DNA from: Nitrosopumilus sp.
GTDB taxonomy: Archaea; Thermoproteota; Nitrososphaeria; Nitrososphaerales; Nitrosopumilaceae
Length of the DNA: 64,000 nucleotides
Direction of reading: 5' to 3'
Assembly (NCBI GenBank): GCA_965205425.1
Contig: CBDBGZ010000009.1
Coordinates: 320,001-384,000, forward strand
The notes beneath the pieces were generated by a model that did not search any database, was not told where the DNA came from, and saw only the letters and a list, made by a program, of their open reading frames with translations. Below are positions 39,130 through 49,064 of this stretch, one piece after another. Both the position numbers and the translations under genes were made by a program. Each line of letters starts with the position of its first letter. Positions within the stretch are counted from its first letter, which is position 1.

Positions 39130-39465
39130 TTGCAGATGTTATTAATGTTGAGTGAAAAAGGAAAGTATGCCTCAGCGACTGAAAATAGGAGATTGGTTTG
39201 GGCTGAAATTATTTGGCCTTTAATTTTAGAAATCAATGATGTTGCATTTTCATTAAAACAATTTCAAAACAAACGTGACATAATATGTAAAGAAAAAAAT
39301 CTTTCAATTAATGTTCCATCAAGAGGATTAGTGTCATTGATGCAAAAGGGAATCATTAGAAAAGAAGGAAACATTTACTCTATCCATTACAAATTAATTC
39401 CATACATGCGATTAAGAGCAACATGTGATTATGCAACTGTAATTCACGAAGTCAGACTAAAATAA
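39130..39465 (+). CDS. Hypothetical protein, possible winged helix
   Basis: 111-aa ORF; SRGLVSLMQKGIIRKEGNIYSI wing-like segment. Confidence 0.6.
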   Translation: MQMLLMLSEKGKYASATENRRLVWAEIIWPLILEINDVAFSLKQFQNKRDIICKEKNLSINVPSRGLVSLMQKGIIRKEGNIYSIHYKLIPYMRLRATCDYATVIHEVRLK

Positions 39466-39703
39466 TTACAATCTATGTCTATATGAATACGCACAAAAAT
39501 AATGACATATTCCAAAACAGTGCCAATTTGCCATGTTGTTAGTGTAAAACATGGAAAGAATGTATGAATGTGTTATAGAAGTGAAATTTAATTATGGATC
39601 TAATTTAGATATCAAATCTCTAATAGCTTTTAAAATTTCTTCAAGTTCATCTATACCATTTACAGCTATAATCTTTTCCTTTAGTGGATTTGTATCTAAT
39701 AAT

Positions 39704-41022
39704 CAGTAGATAGGAAAGTGCTCAATTCGGATCAAAAAATAACGATCATTTTCTCAAATTATTCAGATAGAAAAAGCTTGATGGAAGTATGTCACTCCAT
39801 CAAATATGCATTGTACTTCATTTGATACCATGACACACCAAGGTGTAGTACTATCAAAAGCATTTGATATTGTCGCTAAAATAATGTACAATATCTTATT
39901 GTTTCCGTGTTCTGATAAAAATAACTCACGGTTCCACAATGCAGATGCACACAATTCTATCATGTCATTGTGTTTGGGAAATTCATATTCTGAATCTGGA
40001 TTAAAGAGACTGGCAATGGAATCAGATAATGCTTCTCCAACGGGTTTCATGGTTGAGAAAAATTATATCAAAAATATCACAAAAAACAATGCAAATTCAA
40101 TTACATCGTTCACTGGATAGTACCATATCAAAATTACAAGAATTGGGAGTATTGGAGCAACCAGTTACTGTGGCAATTGACAAACATCTAATCCCAAGAT
40201 ATGACAAATTGCCAAACCATTCTTTAATAAAATCAAAATCTAAAAACAGTACTACTCATTTTGAGAGTTACTGCACCATGCAGTGCGTTGAAAAAAGAAT
40301 CAGGGCTCAATTAGGTTGTTATCCTTTGTATGACAACATATCAAATGCCGATTTTGTGCGTAAATTACTCTCTGATGGCATCAATAATGGAATCAAGATT
40401 AAACTATTGCTAGTGGATAGGGAGTTTTTCACAGCTGGAACAATTTCAGAAATAAAACAAAGGAATTTAAAATTTCTAATGCCTGCAAAAAAGAATTCTC
40501 GAATCAAAGATGCCATTTTACAATACGTTAATGGAGATAGAAAGTCAATCTCGCCATACACAATAAAATCATCATCAGGACATGTAGAATCATTTAATCT
40601 AGTTATTCTACCAAACAAAAATGCAAGAAAAAAATCAGATATTATTGATCAGTATGTTGTGTTTGCAACAAACGTTTCACCAAAAGAAATATCTGAAAAT
40701 ATACAGGACATTCCAACTGATTACAAGAAACGTTGGGGGATTGAAACAGGCTATGCATGTGTGGGAAGGTTCAGACCAAAAACCACCAGTTCAAACCAAT
40801 CCATAAGATTGTTGTATTTTTACTATTCATTGATTTTGTACAATGCATGGATAATTGCTAATTTGATTATCTCAGAAGAAACTAATGTACAAAATCACAA
40901 ACCAATAATATCAATTGAAATTCTCAAATATTTCTTTGTAAAGATAATTATTCATTACTTTAGAAATAACAAAAATAATTATTTCCTAGAATGTGTAATT
41001 TGATGTACTTTCCCATCTACTG
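39704..41022 (+). mobile_element. ISH3-family insertion sequence, copy 2
   Basis: Imperfect TIRs CAGTAGATAGGAAAGT / ACTTTCCCATCTACTG; ATAAT at 39699-39703 and 41024-41028; highly similar to 4001-5320. Confidence 0.88.
39806..41003 (+). CDS. ISH3-type transposase split over two frames (39806-40120, 40029-41003; +1)
   Basis: Near-identical to copy 1, with the same frame break. Confidence 0.8.
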
Positions 41023-41133
41023 GATAATGAATCTAATTCATCTATAGTTGCATCTAAAGGCATCTCCATTAAATTAGATAAAAATACAAAGCGCATATCA
41101 GCATAATTTGTTTGTAATACATCTCGCCATATA

Positions 41134-42279
41134 TAGTTTAGGCATATAAATTTTGAATAAACTGTCAAGTATTTTAACTCAAAAGATCTAGATCGTAGAA
41201 TCAATTCATGAAACCATGTCAAAGAGTACAAGACAATCCAAGGTTTCCTCTGGAAATCAATTCATGAAAGGTACAAGCATTAATTTTTTAAGAAAAGTAT
41301 GCAAGAATGAAAAAAATGCAAAAGCAAAGATAAGATTAAAGGCTGCAATACTAAGAAAACAAAATATTCCGTATTCTGTGATATGTGCAAGTCTGGATGT
41401 CATACCATCAACTCTGTCCTACTGGCTAAATCGAATGGATGAAGAGGGAATATCTGCATCACACCGCAAGAAATATTCTGGTTCTAGATGTTTTCTAAAT
41501 GAAAAACAGCTAGTATCATTAAGAAATGATCTAATTTCAGGTCCAGAAAAGTTTGGATTTAACCAATTCATGTGGAGTACAAGAATGGTAATTACACATG
41601 TGAATAAAAAATACAACACCCTATACTCTGCAAGAGGAATGCGTGAATTGCTGCACAGAATTGGATTCTCATCAAAAAAACCACGTCCCACACATCACAA
41701 ATCAGCCTCAAAAGAGGAACAAACCCGTTTTAAAAAAACGCAAAAAGGAGTATCAAAAAATATTCCAAATTGGGACATATCACACTATGTCTGGATGAGT
41801 CAACAAACAAGATAGCACCTAACATAAAGCGCGGATGGTATCTTGCAGGCAATAACATTACCACACCAATTAATTACACTCGAGAAAAATTTCAATCATT
41901 TGGTGCATTGGGGGATGACGGCGTATTTTTTTGTAGGTTCTATGATAAATCAAACACAGACTCATTTCTTGATTTCTTAAAATCCTTGCAGAAACAATTT
42001 GGCAAGAAACTGTTATTATTTGCAGACAATGCATCATACCACAAAAGTGTTAGAGTAAAAGAATTTCTCAAGGTATCAAAAAGAAATGTAATCATAAGAT
42101 ATTTTCCTGCATACACCCCAGAACTCAATCCAATTGAGGTACAGTGGAGAGAAGAGAAAAATGGTAATGCCAATACATTCTTTGTAAATGGAACTGAGAT
42201 GAGAAAACACATGCAGAAGAGATTAGATAATGGAGACGTTCGAGTTGTGAAATTATTCAAATATTTAATGCCTTAACTA
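41134..42279 (+). mobile_element. IS630-family insertion sequence
   Basis: Imperfect TIRs TAGTTTAGGCAT... / ...ATGCCTTAACTA flanked by TA (41132-41133, 42280-42281). Confidence 0.88.
41216..42276 (+). CDS. IS630 transposase, two ORFs joined by a probable -1 frameshift
   Basis: HTH ORF, then DDE ORF (LDES, DNASYH, PAYTPELNPIE); T4A7 run at 41728-41738. Confidence 0.88.
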
Positions 42280-42657
42280 TAGCAACATTCAACCCTTCTT
42301 TTATAACACCCGGAGGGCTTTTCCTGCATCGATTGCATCCAAATTCTGTTGTTGTAAATCAAGCGCATTTTGTATTCGATTTAATCTAGAAAGAATGAAT
42401 TCCTTAACATGTTTTCGGTGTTACTGTATTGTCTCTTGTTGTTCTTTTTGTCGATTCAAACGATCCTTATTTGTAATACTGTAAAAAATTAAACCAATGC
42501 TTAACCCTACAGCAATAGATGCAATTATGGTTATTCCTATGGAATAGTTTGATGCATTTTGTAAAATCTCAGTCATGACATGTAAATCATTTACAGTTGC
42601 GATTGTTTGATTGTTAATCATTAGACTAGATGATTTTTTCGTTATTATTTAAAATTT

Positions 42658-43567
42658 GGTGATTGTAAACCTATTACCACCAACTATTTTTGAGTAATTA
42701 TTGGAAAAAACAATCAACATAATTGAGTTATCTAAAATAATTCACAACAAATCAACTGCATTGGAATTTCTCTGCAACCAATTCAAAAAGAAAAACACAA
42801 TTCATTGTTCATCATGTAACTCTGAGAATTACTATATTATTTCAAGAGGGAAACTAAGATGCAAAGATTGCAAGACAGATTATAGACCGTTTGCTGGAAC
42901 ATGGTTTGATATCATCAACATTAATTTTACAAAATGGTTGGCCCTAGTCAAATTATTTGATATTGGGATTAGTGCAAAACGTGCAGCTAGAGAAGCAGAT
43001 GTCAGTTATCCAACTTGCACTAAATGCTTTTGATTGCATCAGATATTCAATACTGTATCACCTGGCAGAATCAGACAAGAAACTAAAAGGGAAAATTGAG
43101 GCTGACGAGGCGACTATTTTGGAGGAAAAAGAAAGGGAAATCGTGGCAGAGGTGCCAAGAACAAGACCATCGTATTTGGCATACTGGAAAGAAAGGGAAA
43201 AGTTCACGTTGAGATTGTAAACAATGTCAAGGCAAAGACATTGCTTGCAGGAACAATCAAGAAAGTAAAGAAAGGAAGTATTGTATATACGGACAAGAGG
43301 AGAGGATATGATTCGCTAGTTTTCAACGGCTACAAACATCTCTCAATAGACCACAGCAAGATGTTTGGCAAAGGTGACGTGTACATCAATGGGATTGAAG
43401 GGTTTTGGAGTTTTGCAAAAGAGAACATGGCAAAGCATCATGGTGTAAGTCCAGATAAATTCTTGTTGTACATCAAAGAGATGGAATGGAGATATAATAA
43501 CAGAGATGGAAGATACTTTCTCATTATTGCTTGATTATATGTTGGGGGTAAATAATTGATAATCACC
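42658..43567 (+). mobile_element. IS1595-family (ISXO2-like) element
   Basis: GGTGATT.../...AATCACC termini; 8-bp TSD TAAAATTT (42650-42657, 43568-43575). Confidence 0.88.
42701..43534 (+). pseudogene. IS1595 transposase, multiply frameshifted
   Basis: Zn-ribbon, EADE, GGKRKGNRGRG, VYTD, INGIEGFWS and EMEWRYN distributed over different frames. Confidence 0.85.
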
Positions 43568-43828
43568 TAAAATTTAATTCAACAATTATTGAACCACAAA
43601 ATACAGATAGTACTTCCATGTTTCTCATCTAAAACATGAATTGTTTTACTCCGGATCTATATGAGTTACAAATAGATTATCTTAGAAGTATGATTAATGA
43701 ATAAAATAATGACATATTCTAACTTTTAGTTCATATTTTTTGAAAAACACTTTTCATTATTTTTGTTGATATTCATACAAACGGTACAACAAATGAATAT
43801 ATTCTAAAACATCAAAAATTCTTCTAGT

Positions 43829-43916
43829 AGCCCGATAGTCTAGTGGTCAAGGATTCTGCCCTCTGGATCTCAAGAGTGGATAGGCGGGGACGGCAGTTCG
43901 AATCTGCCTCGGGCTA
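43829..43916 (+). tRNA. tRNA-Gln(CTG) with ~15-nt intron at 37/38
   Basis: AGCCCGA/TCGGGCT acceptor, CTGCC-CTCTGG[intron]A-GGCGG, GTTCGAATC. Confidence 0.92.
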
Positions 43917-43942
43917 CCTAAAAAATTTCTAAAATAAAATTA

Positions 43943-44542
43943 CTATCTTGATGCTTGTGCAATACGCTCTAATTCGTGTCGTTTCTTTACAGATGGAGAA
44001 TTAGAGTCATTATTTGCTGCAAGAATTAGTTGTTCAGCCAAATGTTCTTCGATGGGTTTAGGATTAGAAAATGTTGCTTCTTTAACTGAATCAGCAATAA
44101 ATTTCAAAGCCATATCGACTCTTCTGATTGGAGCAACATCTACTGATACATGGTATGTAGTACCACCATAAACAATTCTAGTAGTATCTTCTGTTGGAGC
44201 AGAAAATTCAATTGCTTTAACTAAAACTTGAACAGGGTGTTGTCCTGTTTTTAATTCAATAATCTCAAAGGCAGTTTTTACAGTGTTGATTAATTTAGTT
44301 TTTTTACCAGTCATTCTACCAGTATTTTTTGCATATTTTTTTCCAAAGTGCATTGATTTGTTAATTAATCTCTCAACAATGTTGACTTCAGCTTTGTTGA
44401 ATCTCTTTAATGCAGAACGACCAAAAGTATAAGGTAAAATTTGTTTTCTCAAAGAAATAGCAGTCTTTAATCCAGGATCAACGACTTCAATGTTAGATAA
44501 ATCCCATTTTCTAAATAATAGCAAGTTTTTAGTTTGTGCCAT
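43943..44542 (-). CDS. rps7: 30S ribosomal protein uS7
   Basis: IVERLINK, GGTTYHVSVD, ERIAQASR. Confidence 0.96.
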   Translation of the reverse strand: MAQTKNLLLFRKWDLSNIEVVDPGLKTAISLRKQILPYTFGRSALKRFNKAEVNIVERLINKSMHFGKKYAKNTGRMTGKKTKLINTVKTAFEIIELKTGQHPVQVLVKAIEFSAPTEDTTRIVYGGTTYHVSVDVAPIRRVDMALKFIADSVKEATFSNPKPIEEHLAEQLILAANNDSNSPSVKKRHELERIAQASR

Positions 44543-44546
44543 TTCT

Positions 44547-44984
44547 CTATCTCCTTGGTTTCTCCTTCTTTCCAATTACTAGTTCGTGAAGTGATGTACC
44601 ATTTACTTTAGAAACTTTGAATCTAACTCCAGGAATATCTCCCATTGCACCACCTTGTGTTGCACCCATTCCTTCAATTGTAACTTCATCGTGTTCATCA
44701 ATGAAATTCATTGCACCGTCTCTTGGCAAAAAGGCTGTTACAGATTTACCATTTCTAATTAATTGAACTCTAACACATTTTCTAATTGCAGAGTTTGGTT
44801 GTTTTGCTGCAATACCAACTTTTTCTAAAACAATACCACGTCCTTGTGGTGCGCCTCCAAGAGGATCTGATTTTTTATCAATACCTAATTTTCTTCTTTT
44901 GTAAGTAGAAATTGCCCATCTTTGTTTCAGTTTTTTCTTTGTAAGAACTCTGCCAGCAAATAATCCAAGTGGTGATTTTCTCAT
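44547..44984 (-). CDS. rps12: 30S ribosomal protein uS12
   Basis: [23 protein letters not shown]. Confidence 0.97.
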   Translation of the reverse strand: MRKSPLGLFAGRVLTKKKLKQRWAISTYKRRKLGIDKKSDPLGGAPQGRGIVLEKVGIAAKQPNSAIRKCVRVQLIRNGKSVTAFLPRDGAMNFIDEHDEVTIEGMGATQGGAMGDIPGVRFKVSKVNGTSLHELVIGKKEKPRR

Positions 44985-44987
44985 CTA

Positions 44988-45452
44988 TTACATCTCCATT
45001 GTTGCCCTTTCAGGACTGTTAATCAATACACTGCTAATATCAAAATATCGTTTTGCAAGTAGTCTTGCTTTCTCTGCATTTCTACCTTCTCTTCCAACTA
45101 CAATTCCTTTCTTTCTTGGGTCTACCATTACAATTGCCTGTTTTGACCCATCGGCTCGTTTATTTATTTTTACTTCAGAGATTAGTTTTGAATTAAGCAA
45201 ATTAGACAAGAATTTTGCTGGATCTTCATCAAATTCAACCAATTCAATATTTCTCTTTACAATATTTTGTAATGATTTGATATGTATTCCACCTTTACCA
45301 ATTGCAAGTCCCATTTTACCAGTATTAACTACAAAAATTACTCTATCTTGTTTTTCATCCTCGACACAATCACGTGCTGTTGCACCAGTAACATTTTGGA
45401 AAAGTGACATCATTCGCATTTGATCAGTTGTGAGTTTAATTGATTGTGCCAT
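44988..45452 (-). CDS. nusA: Archaeal NusA
   Basis: Two KH motifs (AIGKGG, VVGREG). Confidence 0.94.
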   Translation of the reverse strand: MAQSIKLTTDQMRMMSLFQNVTGATARDCVEDEKQDRVIFVVNTGKMGLAIGKGGIHIKSLQNIVKRNIELVEFDEDPAKFLSNLLNSKLISEVKINKRADGSKQAIVMVDPRKKGIVVGREGRNAEKARLLAKRYFDISSVLINSPERATMEM

Positions 45453-45520
45453 TATAATTCCTATTTATCTCCGAACAAAAAATGTCTCATTTAAACTTAC
45501 ATTAAAGGAAATACAGTTAA

Positions 45521-45841
45521 TCATTTTTTTTCCTCAGCTTGTGTATCTTTTAAAATTGATTTGATGCTTGCTTCATCTATTGATGTGAATGAGATTGTTG
45601 AAATTCTAAATTGTAAGCCACATAGTTTACCTAATGCGACTGATGTTCCTTGAAAGTTGACTAAAGGTATTTTTTCTTTTTTTGCGTCGGATTCAATTTG
45701 CTCAATCATTTCTTTTTTAATTGATTGAGACAATACAATTAGCTTGGAATTTTTAATAGAGTTTAAAACTTGTTTAGCACCCATCGTTAACTTGTCTTCT
45801 TTACGGGCATCTCTTAATGATTTTTCAAGTATCTTACTCAT
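45521..45841 (-). CDS. rpl30e: 50S ribosomal protein eL30
   Basis: L7Ae fold, GTSVALGKLCG; gene order. Confidence 0.9.
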   Translation of the reverse strand: MSKILEKSLRDARKEDKLTMGAKQVLNSIKNSKLIVLSQSIKKEMIEQIESDAKKEKIPLVNFQGTSVALGKLCGLQFRISTISFTSIDEASIKSILKDTQAEEKK

Positions 45842-45916
45842 GTGTTTTCCTTAAGACGATCGTCTTGACAGGGCCTTATAGGTTTATTGAAAAATTAAGC
45901 GTTAGATATAAAAAAA

Positions 45917-47542
45917 TTAGTTTAGGAAACCAAATAGTGAACCAAAAGTAGAAAATACAATTCCGACTTCATCAAAAAAGTTACTTGATTTTTGATTTTT
46001 AGAATTTTCAGGATTAGTTTTTTCAGTTAATGGGGGTTGAGTATAAGAAATATTTTCAGCATTTGTTTTTGAAGAGTTATCTTGTAAATCAAAATTTGAT
46101 GATAATATAATTTCCAGGTTTTTTCTAGCTGTTAAATAATTTGGATTCTGCTCCAATATTTCATCATACAAAAAAACTGCATCATTGAAATTTCCTAGAT
46201 TTGCAAGTGCATTTGCTTTATTGTTTTTGGCAGGAAAAAAGTCAGGATTAATGGCGATTGCATGATCATAGTATGCTATTGCCTCAGTGAAATAGCCTAA
46301 TTTTCCCAAAGTCGAACCCTTGTTTACAAGAATTTCCAAATCATTTGGATTGTTGGTCAATGATTCATTAAAAAAATTCAGTGAACTTTCAAAATTACAT
46401 AATCTGTATAATGCAGGTCCCATGCCATCATAATAAAAAATTGTATCAGTGTAAGTACTTGAATCACACTCTAATTTAATTTGATTTAGTATCATTCCTA
46501 ATTCTATATCTTCTACAGTTAGATTATTTTCTTTTTTATTTTTATTTTGAATTATGGGTTTTTCTTTTATGGAATCAGTTTTTTTATTTTCTAAAATATT
46601 TGTTTTTTTGGCAGAATCATCATCAACTATATTTTTTACAACCACATTTTTGTTTGATTCAGTTTTTTCGGTACTAATTATAGATGAATCATCAATTAGA
46701 TTAGTATCATTTTGTGAATTATCATTTTGTTGTTCAGATGAAGGTGTGATATCATTCTCAGAAGTTATATCAACATTTGGTTCATTTGTTTTTTCATCTT
46801 CAATTAAAGATTCATTTGTATTATCTTTAGGAAAATCTTCTTCATCAATTATTTGCAGAACTTTATGATATTCAAAAAAAGATGTCACTTCAGATTCTGC
46901 ATAATGTGCTTTAACAGAATAGGTTCCATCAACTCTAAAATTTACACCATCTTTTACAAGAAAGCTTGTACTAAATTCCAAGTTTGAATTAATTGAACCA
47001 AAATAAAATCCAGCAGGCATTCCAAAAGGATCATAAATTCCAATTAGAACAGTAGGGAAATCCATTGTTGAAACCAGACCAGTGATTTCAATCACATCTT
47101 TGTCAGTGTATTGTTTTTTTTCAGTATAGAGGAGGATTATCTCAGGTACTACAGTTTCATCAATAAAAATTTCAGATTCAATGATTTCACCTAAAATTAC
47201 AAAGTAATGATTTTCAGATTCTTGACCATAGTCAAGTTTTACCAAATATTCACCAGTTTTTTCATAAGAAGGAGAATCAAGAGATATGGTTTTGCTGAAA
47301 GTGTTTTCAGTCATGATTTCTAAATTATTTGCAGATAGAATTTTACCATCAGGATCATAGATACTCATAGCAATTATGGGCATAGTGCCATCTAGAATTT
47401 CACCCGAAACAATTAGAGCATCACCAAGATCATAGAATTGCTTGTTAAAATTTACATTAAATGAATCAGCATATGCATCTGTAAAAATCAGAGGTGATAG
47501 TGCGGTTAACACTAAGGTAAGTCCTAAAACATATCCTAACAC
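45917..47542 (-). CDS. Secreted protein with Ig-like repeats, acidic linker and TPR region
   Basis: Signal peptide, YDP.G beta repeats, NKGSTLGKLGYFTEAIAYYD TPRs. Confidence 0.75.
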   Translation of the reverse strand: MLGYVLGLTLVLTALSPLIFTDAYADSFNVNFNKQFYDLGDALIVSGEILDGTMPIIAMSIYDPDGKILSANNLEIMTENTFSKTISLDSPSYEKTGEYLVKLDYGQESENHYFVILGEIIESEIFIDETVVPEIILLYTEKKQYTDKDVIEITGLVSTMDFPTVLIGIYDPFGMPAGFYFGSINSNLEFSTSFLVKDGVNFRVDGTYSVKAHYAESEVTSFFEYHKVLQIIDEEDFPKDNTNESLIEDEKTNEPNVDITSENDITPSSEQQNDNSQNDTNLIDDSSIISTEKTESNKNVVVKNIVDDDSAKKTNILENKKTDSIKEKPIIQNKNKKENNLTVEDIELGMILNQIKLECDSSTYTDTIFYYDGMGPALYRLCNFESSLNFFNESLTNNPNDLEILVNKGSTLGKLGYFTEAIAYYDHAIAINPDFFPAKNNKANALANLGNFNDAVFLYDEILEQNPNYLTARKNLEIILSSNFDLQDNSSKTNAENISYTQPPLTEKTNPENSKNQKSSNFFDEVGIVFSTFGSLFGFLN

Positions 47543-47593
47543 ACGTGTAACAACGTAATTTTCTATTTAATAATCACGTAGAAATTATTCTTT

Positions 47594-48772
47594 TCAATCT
47601 ACAGTAATCATAGTGGACATTATTGGAGATAGAACTGTGGGATCATTTAATGAATTCCAAACAAAAGTTTCAATTTGATATGTTCCAGATTCATTTGGAA
47701 TCCAAGATTGAGAAACATCTAGAATTTGTTTTGATGAAATTTCACTTTGAATCCATGATAAGGATTCAATAAAATTATCAGAATTTTTTACTTGGAAAAG
47801 GTAAACAAATTTTTGATTAAAATCATGTTCATTTTGAATGGTACCAACTAATTGAATTGGATTAAGGGGGAGAAAAGATTCTAATGAATTACCTAAACCA
47901 TCTGAAAATGAAATTGGGGAATTTGTAATTCGCTCAATTGTAGGAATAGAAGAATCAACTCTAGCAAAAGCATTGATTTCTAAATTATCAGATTTTGAAT
48001 ATGGTTTTGGTAAAGTATAATCATCATATTTTGCAAATATTTCATCTCCAGGTACAGAATAAAGCCTATTTCCACTTGAGGGGGAATTTTGAGATAATGA
48101 AATTGTTGCAATAAAAGAACCTGAACTTTCAGAGGTTTCTACTGCATTAACTTCAATCCCTGCAGCATCAGAATCTGAAAAAACCTGTAGTTTAAGATTG
48201 TCTAGGGCTTCAGGATTCAAATTCCTATCTAAATCAACTACGCGAATCATTGCAGGGTTTTCCAAATAGAAAAGATCTTCAGAAAAATTGATTGTTCCAG
48301 TATTCCAACTTATTGGAACGGATTCAACCAAAACAACTCCATCTGCAAATTCAAATGAAATAGTTATTGCAGAGTCTCTATCAACTTCCAAAAACCCACT
48401 AGTAGGACCACTACCAATAGTTCTAGGAGTTGTATCTACATCTCCATCTCCATCAACATCATGAGGAAAACCTGTAAGAATCACTTCGGCAGTAAAAATT
48501 CCTGAGTTTACATCTGTTTCAGTAAAGCGATATGGTTCAAGTGAATGTTCAGATGTTGCAATTTTGATTGGATGATCTGTAGTTTCTCCAATTGTATCAA
48601 TAAGATGATTACCAGAATTCCAACTAGGTGAAATAATAGTAATTTTTATTTTATCAGTCCATGTATAGATTGGTTTGTCAGTAAAAATTGGAGAGTAAGG
48701 ATTGTCATAATCAGGTATAGATTCTCCAAATGCAGGAAATAAAATCAAAGGTAGGAGCACAAAAAATAACAT
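47594..48772 (-). CDS. Secreted S-layer-like hypothetical protein
   Basis: Signal peptide; repeated ETxxxSGxF motifs. Confidence 0.65.
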   Translation of the reverse strand: MLFFVLLPLILFPAFGESIPDYDNPYSPIFTDKPIYTWTDKIKITIISPSWNSGNHLIDTIGETTDHPIKIATSEHSLEPYRFTETDVNSGIFTAEVILTGFPHDVDGDGDVDTTPRTIGSGPTSGFLEVDRDSAITISFEFADGVVLVESVPISWNTGTINFSEDLFYLENPAMIRVVDLDRNLNPEALDNLKLQVFSDSDAAGIEVNAVETSESSGSFIATISLSQNSPSSGNRLYSVPGDEIFAKYDDYTLPKPYSKSDNLEINAFARVDSSIPTIERITNSPISFSDGLGNSLESFLPLNPIQLVGTIQNEHDFNQKFVYLFQVKNSDNFIESLSWIQSEISSKQILDVSQSWIPNESGTYQIETFVWNSLNDPTVLSPIMSTMITVD

Positions 48773-48818
48773 ATTAAAAATTACTGTATATTGAATTTAA
48801 TGTTTGATGAAAGAATAT

Positions 48819-49049
48819 CTAAGATTCTTCGTCAGGTAAAGAAACTGCAAGGATGTTATCGCCTCTAAGTAAGATTTTTCCAAGTTTCTCATGTTTTTCT
48901 TCAGATACATCTTCTGCATTATCTAGTGTCAAGTTCATATGAATATCAAAATCTTTGAGTACACCTTGAACAGTTTTGGTATTTCTTAATCGAAGTAAGA
49001 CAACTTTGTCTTTACTGTTACTCATTAATGTAGAAATTTCATCGGCCAT
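48819..49049 (-). CDS. Sm-like (Lsm/SmAP) RNA-binding protein
   Basis: GVLKDFDIHMNLTL (Sm1), LRGDNI (Sm2). Confidence 0.93.
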   Translation of the reverse strand: MADEISTLMSNSKDKVVLLRLRNTKTVQGVLKDFDIHMNLTLDNAEDVSEEKHEKLGKILLRGDNILAVSLPDEES

Positions 49050-49064
49050 AATTATCACTAAATT

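Larger units (their letters stand above)
39592..42621 (-). pseudogene. Membrane-anchored protein gene broken by a nonsense codon, a frameshift and two IS insertions
   Basis: Reading frame is restored across both IS junctions after removing the elements and one target copy each. Confidence 0.7.

Noticed and set aside
41199..41269. 15-bp direct repeat AATCAATTCATGAAA within IS630
   Set aside because: Only two AT-rich copies; no supportable function
43576..43828. AT-rich gap before tRNA-Gln
   Set aside because: No convincing ORF, repeat or structure seen
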